DNA from: an uncultured Chlamydiae bacterium
Lineage (GTDB): Bacteria; Chlamydiota; Chlamydiia; Chlamydiales; Parachlamydiaceae
Direction of reading: 5' to 3'
Length of the DNA stretch: 64,000 nt
Assembly (NCBI GenBank): GCA_963830365.1
Contig: CAWHMU010000041.1
Location: forward strand, 32,001-96,000
Shown here: positions 54,926-64,000 of the stretch, piece after piece
Layout: each line of letters begins with the position of its first letter
Position numbering within the stretch: position 1 is the first letter of the stretch
Program-made: the position numbers and the translations under genes
Notes under the pieces: generated by a model
What the model saw: the letters and a program-made list of their open reading frames with translations, nothing else
Databases searched by the model: none
Told to the model about the DNA's origin: nothing

Positions 54926-55309
54926 GGCTCATCACGCAAATGAGTACCTGTCCTAGAGAATGGGGGAAATGGATTAGTTTGAAATGGTTGAAAAAAGAGA
55001 AGCAGACATCTATTAGGTCTCTTGAAGTAAAAATGAATTTAACATGCCTGCTTTAATGTTGCACCATACCAATCAAATCGAGAATATACAAATCAAAACC
55101 GGTTCATCAAACAAATGCGTACCTATGAGGTTTTCCCGATCTTCTCTGTGACTCTGTGCCTCTGTGGTGAAATCCGCTTGCTGGTGGCATAGCATTATTA
55201 ATCATAGTGTTACAAAAAGCTTCACCACCGAGACACAGAGGCACAGAGAAGGAAAATGGAGATTGCTCTTAGGGTTTTGTTAATTAGGTACTCATTTGCG
55301 TGATGAACC
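54926..55309. mobile_element. MITE-B copy 2 (384 bp)
   Basis: GGCTCATCACGC...GCGTGATGAACC; reverse complement of 10770-11153; no TSD visible. Confidence 0.9.
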
Positions 55310-55403
55310 ATATGCTTCCGTCGTATTCACGTCTAACAATGTTTTAATTCTTGGCGGTTGAATGATACTTGGCTACGAAAATTCTCGATAACATATGGCG
55401 CAA

Positions 55404-55446
55404 TTTCGGTTGAACGGTTTGAGGTCTCAAGCCGTTCAACCGAAAT
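55404..55446. repeat. Hairpin related to the 2021-2190 element
   Basis: TTTCGGTTGAACGGTTTGAG-GT-CTCAAGCCGTTCAACCGAAA. Confidence 0.7.
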
Positions 55447-56749
55447 GTCGCGGTGAGCCCACTCAGCCTTTTGCTGAAAAGATCACCTTACGAGCTATTT
55501 CTAGGAGTTCACAGTCATCCGGTAGTTGTAGCATGTTAGCGCTGGCGATGATGCGCCTGGCAAATGCAACCGCTTGCACGGGGTCGCTGCCTAGTCGCTT
55601 TAGTTCATTCGCAAGGCCGGTTGCCTGAAGGGCACGTAGGTTTGCAGCTGTTTTTTCAAATTCGCTTTGCAAAGAGTTCAAGTGCTCGCCCAAAAATTTG
55701 GCTTGCGGATGCTTGCTGACGAAATCATCCGCATTGAGGATGTCCTTAGTTTCTTGGGAATAATCCAAGGCCTTTGTTACGGCCATACGCTCACTATGCT
55801 CATTGCAAAATTTTGTAAATATTGATTGCGTGATTTTATGGTCGTTTGCAAGCGCGTTTTTGCATATGAGTATGAGTTCTTGCTTTTGACGACATTTGTC
55901 TTTGTATGCGCGGATGGAGGCAGATACATCAAAATAGAACTCCTCCAACTTTTTATTCCCAACATCATCCCTATCATTGTATTTTAAACGCGCTACATCG
56001 GTTTTGATTTGATCCAATAACCCAGACGCCATCATGTTGACTTCTGCTTGCTGAGCCTGACTCAAATTGTTTGTGACATGCTTTATTCTAGAAATAAAAT
56101 CACGGGATAGTTCCGGTGATGAATCCAGAATCCCTTCTAATTTTCGACGCCGCTGCTCTTGCACTTGTATTTGTGCGCAAATATTCATAGCTGTAGATGT
56201 GATACCATCAACTTTTCTTTTTCTATTAATAGTAGCATAAGTGCTGTTTTTTGAAATCATCTCCAGATTAGCTATGGAAGATAATGTCGTCATAACGGCA
56301 TATAACGGGGTTAAATCTTCAATCTTCCGATCATACGCTGAGCACAAAATATCAGGATGGTAGCCACGGCCTATCAAAATTTCATTCAGTTTTTCTCCTA
56401 ACATGCGCTCCCATTGATCACTCATTTGGTTGGCGATGAGTATTGAGAAGTCGTGGAAGTCGTATGCTTTGATACGTTCTGCGGTTTTCGGTTTCAGCAC
56501 CAGGCCATTTAACTCATCTACGCGCTGTCTTTTCTGCATCATCTTTTCAATTTTATGCAGACTATCTAAAGTGGTCCCCTTTGTCTAGACAAAAAATGGG
56601 AAAAGTTAAGCTAATAACCTCAAGTTTTTGTTGTTCTTGCAGCTAAAGGGGGAGTTTGAGGGGGCTTGCCCCCTCAAGTTCCTTTAAAAATCAAGGTAAT
56701 CCAAGTCCAACGAAGGCGGAAGGGGGGTAAGGGGGCTTGCCCCCTTTTC

Positions 56750-57592
56750 CTAAAGGCTCTGCCTAGAAAAATACACCTCCGCAGGCGTTTTATAACCCAG
56801 TCCTTGGTGTGGCCTGCTCTCGTTGTAAAACTTAAAATAACTCTTAAGTCCATTACGGACATCTTTTAAGCTTTCATACCCTTTTGGATAAATCTCTTCA
56901 TACTTCACGCTTCTCCAGAGCCTTTCAATAAACACATTATCAAGGGCTCTGCCTTTTCCATCCATACTGATTCTGACTCCGCCTGCTTCTAATCTCTCTA
57001 CAAACCGACAGCAGGTGAATTGAACTCCTTGGTCTGTGTTGAATATCTCAGGACTAGCTCGAGAAAGCCCTCTTTCTAATGCATTAATGCAAAATTCCGC
57101 ATCCAGCAGATTCGAAAGTTCCCATTCGATCACATACCTGCTAAACCAATCGATGATCGCAAAAAGGTATCCAAATCCTTTCAACAAAGGAACGTAGGTG
57201 ATATCTGCAGCCCATGCCAAATCGGGTTTATCTACTACAATCCCTCTTAGTAGGTAAGGAAACTTTTTATGCTCCTTATTTGCCGCACTCAGATTGGGCT
57301 TGGGATAGATTGCTTCTAAACCCATTGTCTGCATCGCCGTTCGAATCCTTTTTCCTCCTACAAAAAAACCTTGAGCTCTCATTGCTATCGTCATCCGTCT
57401 TCTTCCATAGAAGGGAGTTTGAAGATATTGTTCATCAATAGCCCGCATGAGTGCCAAATCTTCCTCGTTGGGCTGTTTGGCCTTATAATACAACCCAGAT
57501 CGTGACATTCCAAGCAAATGACACTGACTTGATAGCGACAACTTCTTATGATCTGGCTCTATTAGAAGTCGTCGAGAATTTAAGTCAAACAT
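56750..57592 (-). CDS. IS3 OrfB
   Basis: Same as copy 1 except one W/R residue. Confidence 0.95.
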   Translation of the reverse strand: MFDLNSRRLLIEPDHKKLSLSSQCHLLGMSRSGLYYKAKQPNEEDLALMRAIDEQYLQTPFYGRRRMTIAMRAQGFFVGGKRIRTAMQTMGLEAIYPKPNLSAANKEHKKFPYLLRGIVVDKPDLAWAADITYVPLLKGFGYLFAIIDWFSRYVIEWELSNLLDAEFCINALERGLSRASPEIFNTDQGVQFTCCRFVERLEAGGVRISMDGKGRALDNVFIERLWRSVKYEEIYPKGYESLKDVRNGLKSYFKFYNESRPHQGLGYKTPAEVYFSRQSL

Positions 57593-57879
57593 CCTAACTT
57601 TTTTTTAAGCCACTCCACCTCCATTTTAAGACGTCCGATTTGCTCGAAAAGTTCTGCCTTTTCTTTAACTTCCTGTGCTGTCCCAGTCATCTTGCTCGGT
57701 TTTTCAAATACAGTTGTGGCAGTTGATAAAAAGTGTTTTTTCCACTCCGACAACACGATAGGATGCACTCCCAGTTCACCGGATAATTGACTTGCAGTCT
57801 TTTCTCCCTTCAAAATCTCAAGCACGGCTTTGACTTTAAATTCTGGGGGATATTTTTTTCTTGTTCGGCTCATTTTCAC
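57580..57879 (-). CDS. IS3 OrfA
   Basis: Identical protein to copy 1. Confidence 0.93.
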   Translation of the reverse strand: MKMSRTRKKYPPEFKVKAVLEILKGEKTASQLSGELGVHPIVLSEWKKHFLSTATTVFEKPSKMTGTAQEVKEKAELFEQIGRLKMEVEWLKKKLGCLT

Positions 57880-58338
57880 CTCTTTTCTTAAAGAGGGTAT
57901 TAGCTTAGACCATTGTCCAAATTTCCGGGACCATTATAATCTTCGAGTATTTTGGACGCAGCTTCTTGCTCTTTTTGCGACAGATTTTTTTTACAATCTT
58001 CAAAATTCGAGCGCAGAGTTTTAGTAATGGAGGCAAAGTTTGGAAAATTCATCTCTCGGTCATCGAGGAGGGGGAGGCAGCTCAGCAGTTGGGCATTAGC
58101 ATGGGGCGTTGCCGTAGGGGCTATATCCGGACTGTTAAAAGGGGTTTTGCTGAGGCTGTTAGTGAGGTCGCTGCTACGTGGCTTGAAAGGTGTCATGGTA
58201 GGACTTTTGAAAGGGGCGCTATTCGGACTGTTGGGTGGGGTTATACTAGCAAGAATTATTCTAGGATTTTGGTAATTTTCATTTTTGAAGGTAGGTTGAG
58301 CGGCGCTAGCAGTTTTATTTTCTATATCCGTATCTGCC

Positions 58339-58387
58339 GAAGTCGTGTGTGCGGAAGTCGTGTGTGCGGAAGTCGTGTGTGCTGAAG
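58339..58387. repeat. 15-bp coding tandem repeat x3 (TSAHT)
   Basis: GAAGTCGTGTGTGCG units. Confidence 0.9.
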
Positions 58388-58759
58388 TTTTTATTTCCTG
58401 GCTGTATGCCGCAACGGTTGCAGGAGTTAAGTTAAAGGAGTGGTTGTTTAATTCGGTCATGCTAAAGACATTGAAAATCCTTAGTATTGTAATTGGAGTA
58501 TACAAGCATAACCATTCAGTTTATATAAATCAAGTTTATAAAAGTGTAATAAAATTCGGTTGTTGGGTTTAATCTTCTGCACATGGAGACTGTTAAATTT
58601 TTAACGGACTGCCACGTATTGAATATTCGAGATTGAAGTTCAACAAAAAAAACTTAGCTTATGATTTGGAAAATCCCCGAAGAGGACATGTTGATATGTC
58701 GACAGTATCATTTCACGTAGATTCTAACGCTAAGCGTGTCAGTTTTATAGGCTTGGAGT

Positions 58760-59677
58760 CTAGTCCATATGAAGTTCGCTGAAACGGTAGGGCTCAATCT
58801 TAATATAGGCGTTGATGGCCTTATCCAGCTCTTTTTTTTTGGATTGAAATTCCACCAGCTTGTACTGATGTGCGGCAGCTTGGGCCGGACCGATGACGCG
58901 GTTGTAGGCAAACAAGCCTTTATTGGCTTTATCCCTATAATTTAAAGCATTGATGGTGGCCGATAGGCTCGCGGAAGCTTGGCATTGTTTTTCATAGGTC
59001 CATTTACAAATTTCTTGCAAATTGAAGTTGTCCGGTTGCTTTCCATAATCGGCATGAGCTTGCTTAAGTTTCTGCAGAAGATTTTCCTGCCATTGAAAGT
59101 GCAGGCCATAGGCCGTGCTGGTGGCTTCTACGTAAAAGGATAATTTCTGCAGTTCAATGAGTTTGTCATAGCTGATTTTATAGTCATGCTGACGCAGTTT
59201 TTGACTGGATACATAGTCGCGTAGTTCTTTCTCTACCACCCTGCAGATGTTCGTAAAGGCGCTGCTGATTTTTCTGCGCATTTCAGCCCTTTCATGCTCC
59301 TTTGACAGTGTATCTATCATGACATCGCATTTTGTTCTGCCTTCGCCATCCAGATAATTCAGATTGGTGGCTTTCAAATATCTTTGTTCATATTTCGGAT
59401 TTACAACTAATTCAGAAAATGATAACCGCCCGTAAACAACGCCAACGGTATTTTCGGTGTCGGAGTCGGTATCCGTATCCGTATAGGCATCCGAATCGGA
59501 ATGATTAGATAAGCTGGATTGTAATGCAGATGCGGTAAAGGGAGTACTTGGGTAATAAGCCTGGTTGGATTCAGCTGAGTGGCTTTTGCTGTCATCTTCG
59601 GTGGGGCTTTCAAACTGCATTGTTGAAAACGTAATTGCTTGTGAGCCTGGACCGGTAGTTAGATTCATGCTGTTCAT
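58760..59677 (-). CDS. Hypothetical effector-like protein
   Basis: S/T/D-rich N-terminus, helical C-terminus. Confidence 0.75.
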   Translation of the reverse strand: MNSMNLTTGPGSQAITFSTMQFESPTEDDSKSHSAESNQAYYPSTPFTASALQSSLSNHSDSDAYTDTDTDSDTENTVGVVYGRLSFSELVVNPKYEQRYLKATNLNYLDGEGRTKCDVMIDTLSKEHERAEMRRKISSAFTNICRVVEKELRDYVSSQKLRQHDYKISYDKLIELQKLSFYVEATSTAYGLHFQWQENLLQKLKQAHADYGKQPDNFNLQEICKWTYEKQCQASASLSATINALNYRDKANKGLFAYNRVIGPAQAAAHQYKLVEFQSKKKELDKAINAYIKIEPYRFSELHMD

Positions 59678-59752
59678 GCCTCGCCGTTGTTAAAATTACA
59701 ACGTGCATGAAGTAGCATTTGATTTCAAAAACAATTTTGATGGTTATGCTGA

Positions 59753-61162
59753 CTAAGCGCTGACAGATAGTGACAATACCGTGACATTATCGTGCGACTG
59801 CCCTTGATGTAGGGCGTAGGAGACAAGCGCTTTTGCTATGTTTGCTGGCTTGGCTTTTGCAAGCACCGTGATGATAGCTCTTTCCGGCACATAGTCTTTA
59901 AGTCCATCGCAGGCCAGGATCAGTTTGTCTCCTGGCAGCAGCATGTTGACGGTGATTTTCGGTTTGTGGATGATGCCCGGCTTCTCATGGATGTTAGCGC
60001 CCACATCGCCAATGGCGCGGCTGACATTGATCCCATAGTGCCTATGGGGATAACGCAGTCGTTTGGGATCTGTGGCTTTAGGCCATTCCAAGGCTATCGT
60101 TGGATCGTTTTTGGCATCGGCTGCGCGTTTGGCATCTTTTTGGCTGGACCAATCGCGCACACAGGAGAGGGGGATGGATTTCAGTTGACCTTTGATTTGG
60201 CGGTAGATATTGGCTTCGCTATCGCCCAAGGTGGCGGTGTAAACCATGTTGGTGTGCTTATCGATGAAGCAGACAACGGCGGTGCTGCCCATGTGCTGCC
60301 AAGCAGGGGTGCTGGCGACCTCATCGTGGATTTCGTTGATCAAGGCTTCAAAGGCCTGTCTCACCCCGCCTTTGGCCGCCTTTAGGGCTTGCGAGAATCT
60401 ATCCTGGAAGGCAGCGTTGGCATAGCCTGCCACATTTTTTCCGCCGTGCCCATCGAAGAGGCCGGTGAGGATGCCTTGTTCAATTGCAAGGCAGAAATGT
60501 GCATCTTCCATGGACGGCCTGCGTCCTTGCGCTTCATGGGCGGTGTATGAGAAAGTTAAACCTGGGATATTTTGCGCTTTGTCAGCACTGTTTAGTGTGG
60601 CCGCCACCTCCATCACGGTGGCATAGGCATCGGCATCATAGCCATCTTTACTGCGATGTTCCTCGATGGCTTTTTGGCTGTTTTTTAGCAATTTATGTTT
60701 AGCATGCATTAATTGCTGCATGGGATCAAGAGCTAGTAGCGCTTCAAGACTTTTCAGTTTGTTTTCAAAGGTGGCTATTTTGGTCAATTCTTTTTTATTT
60801 ACGGAGGAATGATTTAAAGTGTGGCAGGCTTCTTTTATTTCGTGCAGGCGTTTTTGGTTTAATAAAATTTCCTTCGTATTAAGCGGAGTCTCTTCAGTTA
60901 TCGATTTTTTGAGCGCGCTGAGATCTTTAGTGATGATAGCGATGTTCTTATCCAACAGTTTCAGCGTGGCTGCGTTATTATAATGCTTCCCCGTCTGGAA
61001 AAGGATTTTGATGCGCTGCCACAGCAACGCTAATTGGTCCAGGCGTGTCCAGATTTTCCCACGGAAAATGGCCGTGTCTTTGATGACTTTGGTGGTCGGT
61101 GTCAGAAAATTCAGATGCTTTTCTAAGGATTGGTAATCGGCTTTGGGTTGGACATTTGACAT
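59753..61162 (-). CDS. PP2C-family phosphatase with long N-terminal extension
   Basis: QGRRPSMED, FDGHGG, GSTA, GDS, VSRAIGD, ACDGL, DNVTV. Confidence 0.92.
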   Translation of the reverse strand: MSNVQPKADYQSLEKHLNFLTPTTKVIKDTAIFRGKIWTRLDQLALLWQRIKILFQTGKHYNNAATLKLLDKNIAIITKDLSALKKSITEETPLNTKEILLNQKRLHEIKEACHTLNHSSVNKKELTKIATFENKLKSLEALLALDPMQQLMHAKHKLLKNSQKAIEEHRSKDGYDADAYATVMEVAATLNSADKAQNIPGLTFSYTAHEAQGRRPSMEDAHFCLAIEQGILTGLFDGHGGKNVAGYANAAFQDRFSQALKAAKGGVRQAFEALINEIHDEVASTPAWQHMGSTAVVCFIDKHTNMVYTATLGDSEANIYRQIKGQLKSIPLSCVRDWSSQKDAKRAADAKNDPTIALEWPKATDPKRLRYPHRHYGINVSRAIGDVGANIHEKPGIIHKPKITVNMLLPGDKLILACDGLKDYVPERAIITVLAKAKPANIAKALVSYALHQGQSHDNVTVLSLSVSA

Positions 61163-61355
61163 AAATGACTTCCATGCTGGATTAGAAGTTTGTTTATTAA
61201 ATGTTTTTATTGCGTGTGTTTATGTTGCTAATTATATCACATACAGTTTTTAGTGTTCAATGTGTAATTGATAAGTGTATTTAAACTTTCAGAAAGATGC
61301 GTTTATAAATCAAATGTTGATGCCGGCGGCGTATGATACGCAGAGGGTAGAGAAG

Positions 61356-61839
61356 CTTGTCGTTACCTATAGTTATCAAGCTAATATTGTAAGTCATTTT
61401 TTTGGCCATGATCGCCTATTCGGTCAAGAAAGCAAAAAGAGAGGAACTCCTACAGAGTTAAATGCAATTATTCGTTTTCCCGTAGAGGCTGTTTTCGCTT
61501 GCGCTCGCGAGCCTTAACTACGGGCTACAAAGAGATCGATCTGCAAGACCTCAAAAGAACTCATGGCCTATGTAGCAGCAGAGAAGGTAGATTAATAAAC
61601 CTCATTGTGAATATATTTCAAAGTTTTTTTTGTTGGCGGAGCTTATCTCTTTGTAGCCCGTGGCTAAGGCGTGCGAGCGAAAGCGAAGACAGCCGCAGCT
61701 ACGGGAAAACGGATATTCTTGTTTAACTCCGTAGGAGTTCCTCTCTTTTTGCTTTGGTGACCGAATATTTCCCCTAGAAAGATGATAATGGCAAAAAAAT
61801 ACTTAAAATATTCGATTGATAGTTGTGGGTAACGACAAG
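61356..61839. mobile_element. MITE-A copy 3 (uninterrupted, 484 bp)
   Basis: TIRs as above; flanks GGTAGAGAAG / GGCAGAGAAG (10-bp TSD, 1 mismatch). Confidence 0.92.
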
Positions 61840-62053
61840 GGCAGAGAAGCTGCCAAAATAAGCTATACCACGCACAGCCGAAATATGAACAACCTAGCCG
61901 CACGTTGTACATGTTCACACTTACAGGTAAAACTTTCGGTCACGGGCAGACGCGAGCATGCGGCCTTGGCCGGAATCTAAAATACGGTTTGGACACCGGC
62001 AATGGCGCTCTGTGCACCTTTTGCCATAATGATTTTCGTTAAAAAATACTACC

Positions 62054-62108
62054 AGGATATTAGGTGGACAGGATAACTGATTTATCCTGTCTACCTAATA
62101 TCATGTTG
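62054..62108. repeat. CAGGAT-type hairpin
   Basis: CAGGATATTAGGTGGACAGGATAA-CTGAT-TTATCCTGTCTACCTAATATCATG; half-units at ~17493 and ~33067. Confidence 0.7.
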
Positions 62109-62193
62109 TTTTTCTAAATTTTGACCGAACTGATGCACATTCCCCGAAAACACAAGTGAAATAGAACAAAAACTGGGTACGATTGCGTTCAAA

Positions 62194-63603
62194 TCATCGA
62201 GAGGGGCTTTTATCGCTCACGACCGTGCTATTTTCTAGCACGATTTTTAATAGGTCGAGGCCATGATGTGCAATAGGGGAGTCGTAGAGGCCAAAAGCTG
62301 CCGCAGAAGCTGTCTTTTTGGCGGCAAGTTCCATTTGATTTGGACAGCTGTCGGCGGCAGTGGGAAAGTAAAGTGTCTTAAAAGATCCGCTTCGTTTGCC
62401 CAGGTTGCCGATGAAGTCGGCATCCATGGAGATGGAATGATAGGCTGGATATGCGCTAACGGCAGGTTTTAGGCCGAGGTCCGCGCATATTTTTTTAGCT
62501 TCATCAGCAAGCAATACCCCTGGGGCGTTGAAGGCATAAATTTTGTCTGCGTGCATTGCCCCGATGATGGCGGCCAAATACCCTCCAATCGAGTGGCCGA
62601 GGGTGATCGTCTCACAGTCCTTAGTGATGTAGCTATCGTCCTTAAGTTTCATGACATATGCGTGTATGGCTTTAACATTAGCCAGCAGGTTGGGATAGCC
62701 ATCCGGCAGCATGAAGCTTTTGACAGTTGCTGTTATGGTCCCAACTGCCGCGCCGGTGAGGGCACCAGCTGTTGCGCTGCAGGTGCTGACAGCCATGCCG
62801 ATGAGGGGTGGTCCGAAGCGAGAAGCTTCAATTATCGTGGCCGGAACACTTGCCATAGCAGTGCCTAGACGCCAACCGTTCATTGCGCCATTGATCGCGC
62901 CGTCACCAACATTATATATGATGTGCATGGCATGTGTCAGAGAGTTGACCCTTTTAGCACGAGAGGTGATGAGGGCTTTGGTTTTTTTTATCAGATCATC
63001 GCTGATTTTGTAGTCGTAGCGTTTCTCTGAGATGATATTAGCATATTCAACCGCATTGATCAGTTCGTCGTCGCTCTTATGACTGCCAATGGCGAGATCT
63101 GAGAACAGATGTTTTGACATTGGGCCAAGATCTTTATCGGGAGGGGAGGTGCAGATGCCGATGATGATTTGATCGCCATGCTGGTATGCTTCTACCTTAA
63201 GTCCTTTGGGTAAGGCGATCTTCAGATTTTCGGGGTTTGGCAGCATACTGAGGGATTTGGGAAACAAGGTATCAACTTGTTTAAATAAGCTAGGCGCTTG
63301 CTCTATTTCCACCGTCATCAGCTGAGCCAGCGAGGCCATGCCGAGGAGAGTCTCTTTTTCCGCCTGTGAGGAAAATATGTTTAGTTGCTGCAAGCTCTTG
63401 CGAATGGATTCTGGGAGATGGATTTCTTTAGGCGACTTTTGGCTAGCAGAAGGGGGGAGCCACTTTTCATAGGATATGCTACTTTCATGCAGGTTTTGTT
63501 TTACTTCTTCATCAGCAGCTTTAGGGGGCGATGGAATTGTTGCGGGCTGAAGTTTGTCTGCGCTTGTCATAGGCCAGATAAGTGACTTAACATACGAGAC
63601 CAT
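62194..63603 (-). CDS. Lipase class 3-like alpha/beta hydrolase with Gly/Ala-rich hydrophobic insert
   Basis: TLGHSIGGYLA, AFNAPG, D.IG, late HH. Confidence 0.8.
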   Translation of the reverse strand: MVSYVKSLIWPMTSADKLQPATIPSPPKAADEEVKQNLHESSISYEKWLPPSASQKSPKEIHLPESIRKSLQQLNIFSSQAEKETLLGMASLAQLMTVEIEQAPSLFKQVDTLFPKSLSMLPNPENLKIALPKGLKVEAYQHGDQIIIGICTSPPDKDLGPMSKHLFSDLAIGSHKSDDELINAVEYANIISEKRYDYKISDDLIKKTKALITSRAKRVNSLTHAMHIIYNVGDGAINGAMNGWRLGTAMASVPATIIEASRFGPPLIGMAVSTCSATAGALTGAAVGTITATVKSFMLPDGYPNLLANVKAIHAYVMKLKDDSYITKDCETITLGHSIGGYLAAIIGAMHADKIYAFNAPGVLLADEAKKICADLGLKPAVSAYPAYHSISMDADFIGNLGKRSGSFKTLYFPTAADSCPNQMELAAKKTASAAAFGLYDSPIAHHGLDLLKIVLENSTVVSDKSPSR

Positions 63604-63845
63604 AATTGCCCCTTAGCTACAAAATAGGATAAGCAGATTATACAGGATCCGGAAACAACCATTATTCACTTCTTACCCTGTTTTCTCATAGACATCAACT
63701 TAAAAAATAAAATAGCTCGTTGTTGATGGGAAGCGCTGGTTTACAAAACAGTTCAACGCAAAGCGTGACACCCTAACGGGAAATAACATGGAATGCAACG
63801 CAGCGATACTAAAAGTTATTTGACAAGGGAGCTAAAGGCTATAGA

Positions 63846-63935
63846 TAATTTCGTCCATCAAAACATCCAGGATTTCGGAGCCTAAGTTAGCCGTGAATAC
63901 GGCGGAGGCATGTAGCCACAGGTGTGAAACTGTGG
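63846..63935. repeat. Single arm of the family E palindrome
   Basis: TAATTTCGTCCATCAAAACATCCAGG...AGCCGTGAATACGGCGG...TAGCCACAGGTG matches the 9068-9343 arms. Confidence 0.75.
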
Positions 63936-64000
63936 GGCGCCATGGGACAACTTTCAATAGAAAAATTTCATTGTATATAAAGCAAAAAGGCAGGTTCCGA

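Larger units (their letters stand above)
56567..57938 (-). mobile_element. IS3-family element copy 2 (1372 bp)
   Basis: Reverse complement of copy 1; TSD ATC. Confidence 0.95.
55463..58460 (-). pseudogene. ~540-aa effector-like gene split by IS3 copy 2
   Basis: Removing the IS and one TSD joins ...AASKILED/SLHKIEKMMQKR in frame. Confidence 0.8.

Noticed and set aside
61275..61918. Short ORFs overlapping MITE-A (also 30767-31018 and 10951-11139)
   Set aside because: They are chance frames within repeats and are not conserved as ORFs among the copies.
63820..63849. TTGACA-18-GATAAT promoter
   Set aside because: The -10 overlaps the end of the family E repeat and no downstream gene is visible in the window.

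Overview
64 kb of a bacterial chromosome that reads as an environmental chlamydia (Chlamydiota). The taxonomy is inferred from the long chlamydial-type yidC followed by dnaA, a pkn1 kinase-FGE fusion, the DUF721-gyrB-gyrA-tmk-holB order, and many effector-like orphans. Housekeeping blocks include a pit operon, GlyRS, a cyclophilin, tRNA-Arg, yidC-dnaA, pkn1-LMW-PTP, AspRS, ispH and the gyrase operon. They alternate with AT-richer accessory blocks of candidate secreted effectors: YopT-like and AnkH-like cysteine proteases, a permuted NlpC/P60, a sphingomyelinase-like enzyme, PP2C, a lipase, a membrane AAA+ ATPase and a SycD-like chaperone. The intergenic DNA is crowded with several families of palindromic MITE/REP-like elements, some nested in one another. 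The strongest finding is an intact IS110-family element inserted into an arm of a 484-bp MITE at an AG core. Its downstream non-coding region folds into two parallel lobes carrying 7-nt matches to the target (TTTGTAG) and to its own end (TCGGAAG), consistent with a bridge/seek RNA programmed against a host MITE. Two near-identical IS3 copies each split a reconstructable gene, and an unclassified DDE element sits in the centre of a GGGG-TCTGA-CCCC palindrome. Other notable items are an ND-AspRS fused to a YbaK/ProX domain and an alpha2-type GlyRS. Frameshifts in yidC, pkn1 and gyrB most likely reflect assembly indels. All assignments come from visual motif recognition; no searches were run.
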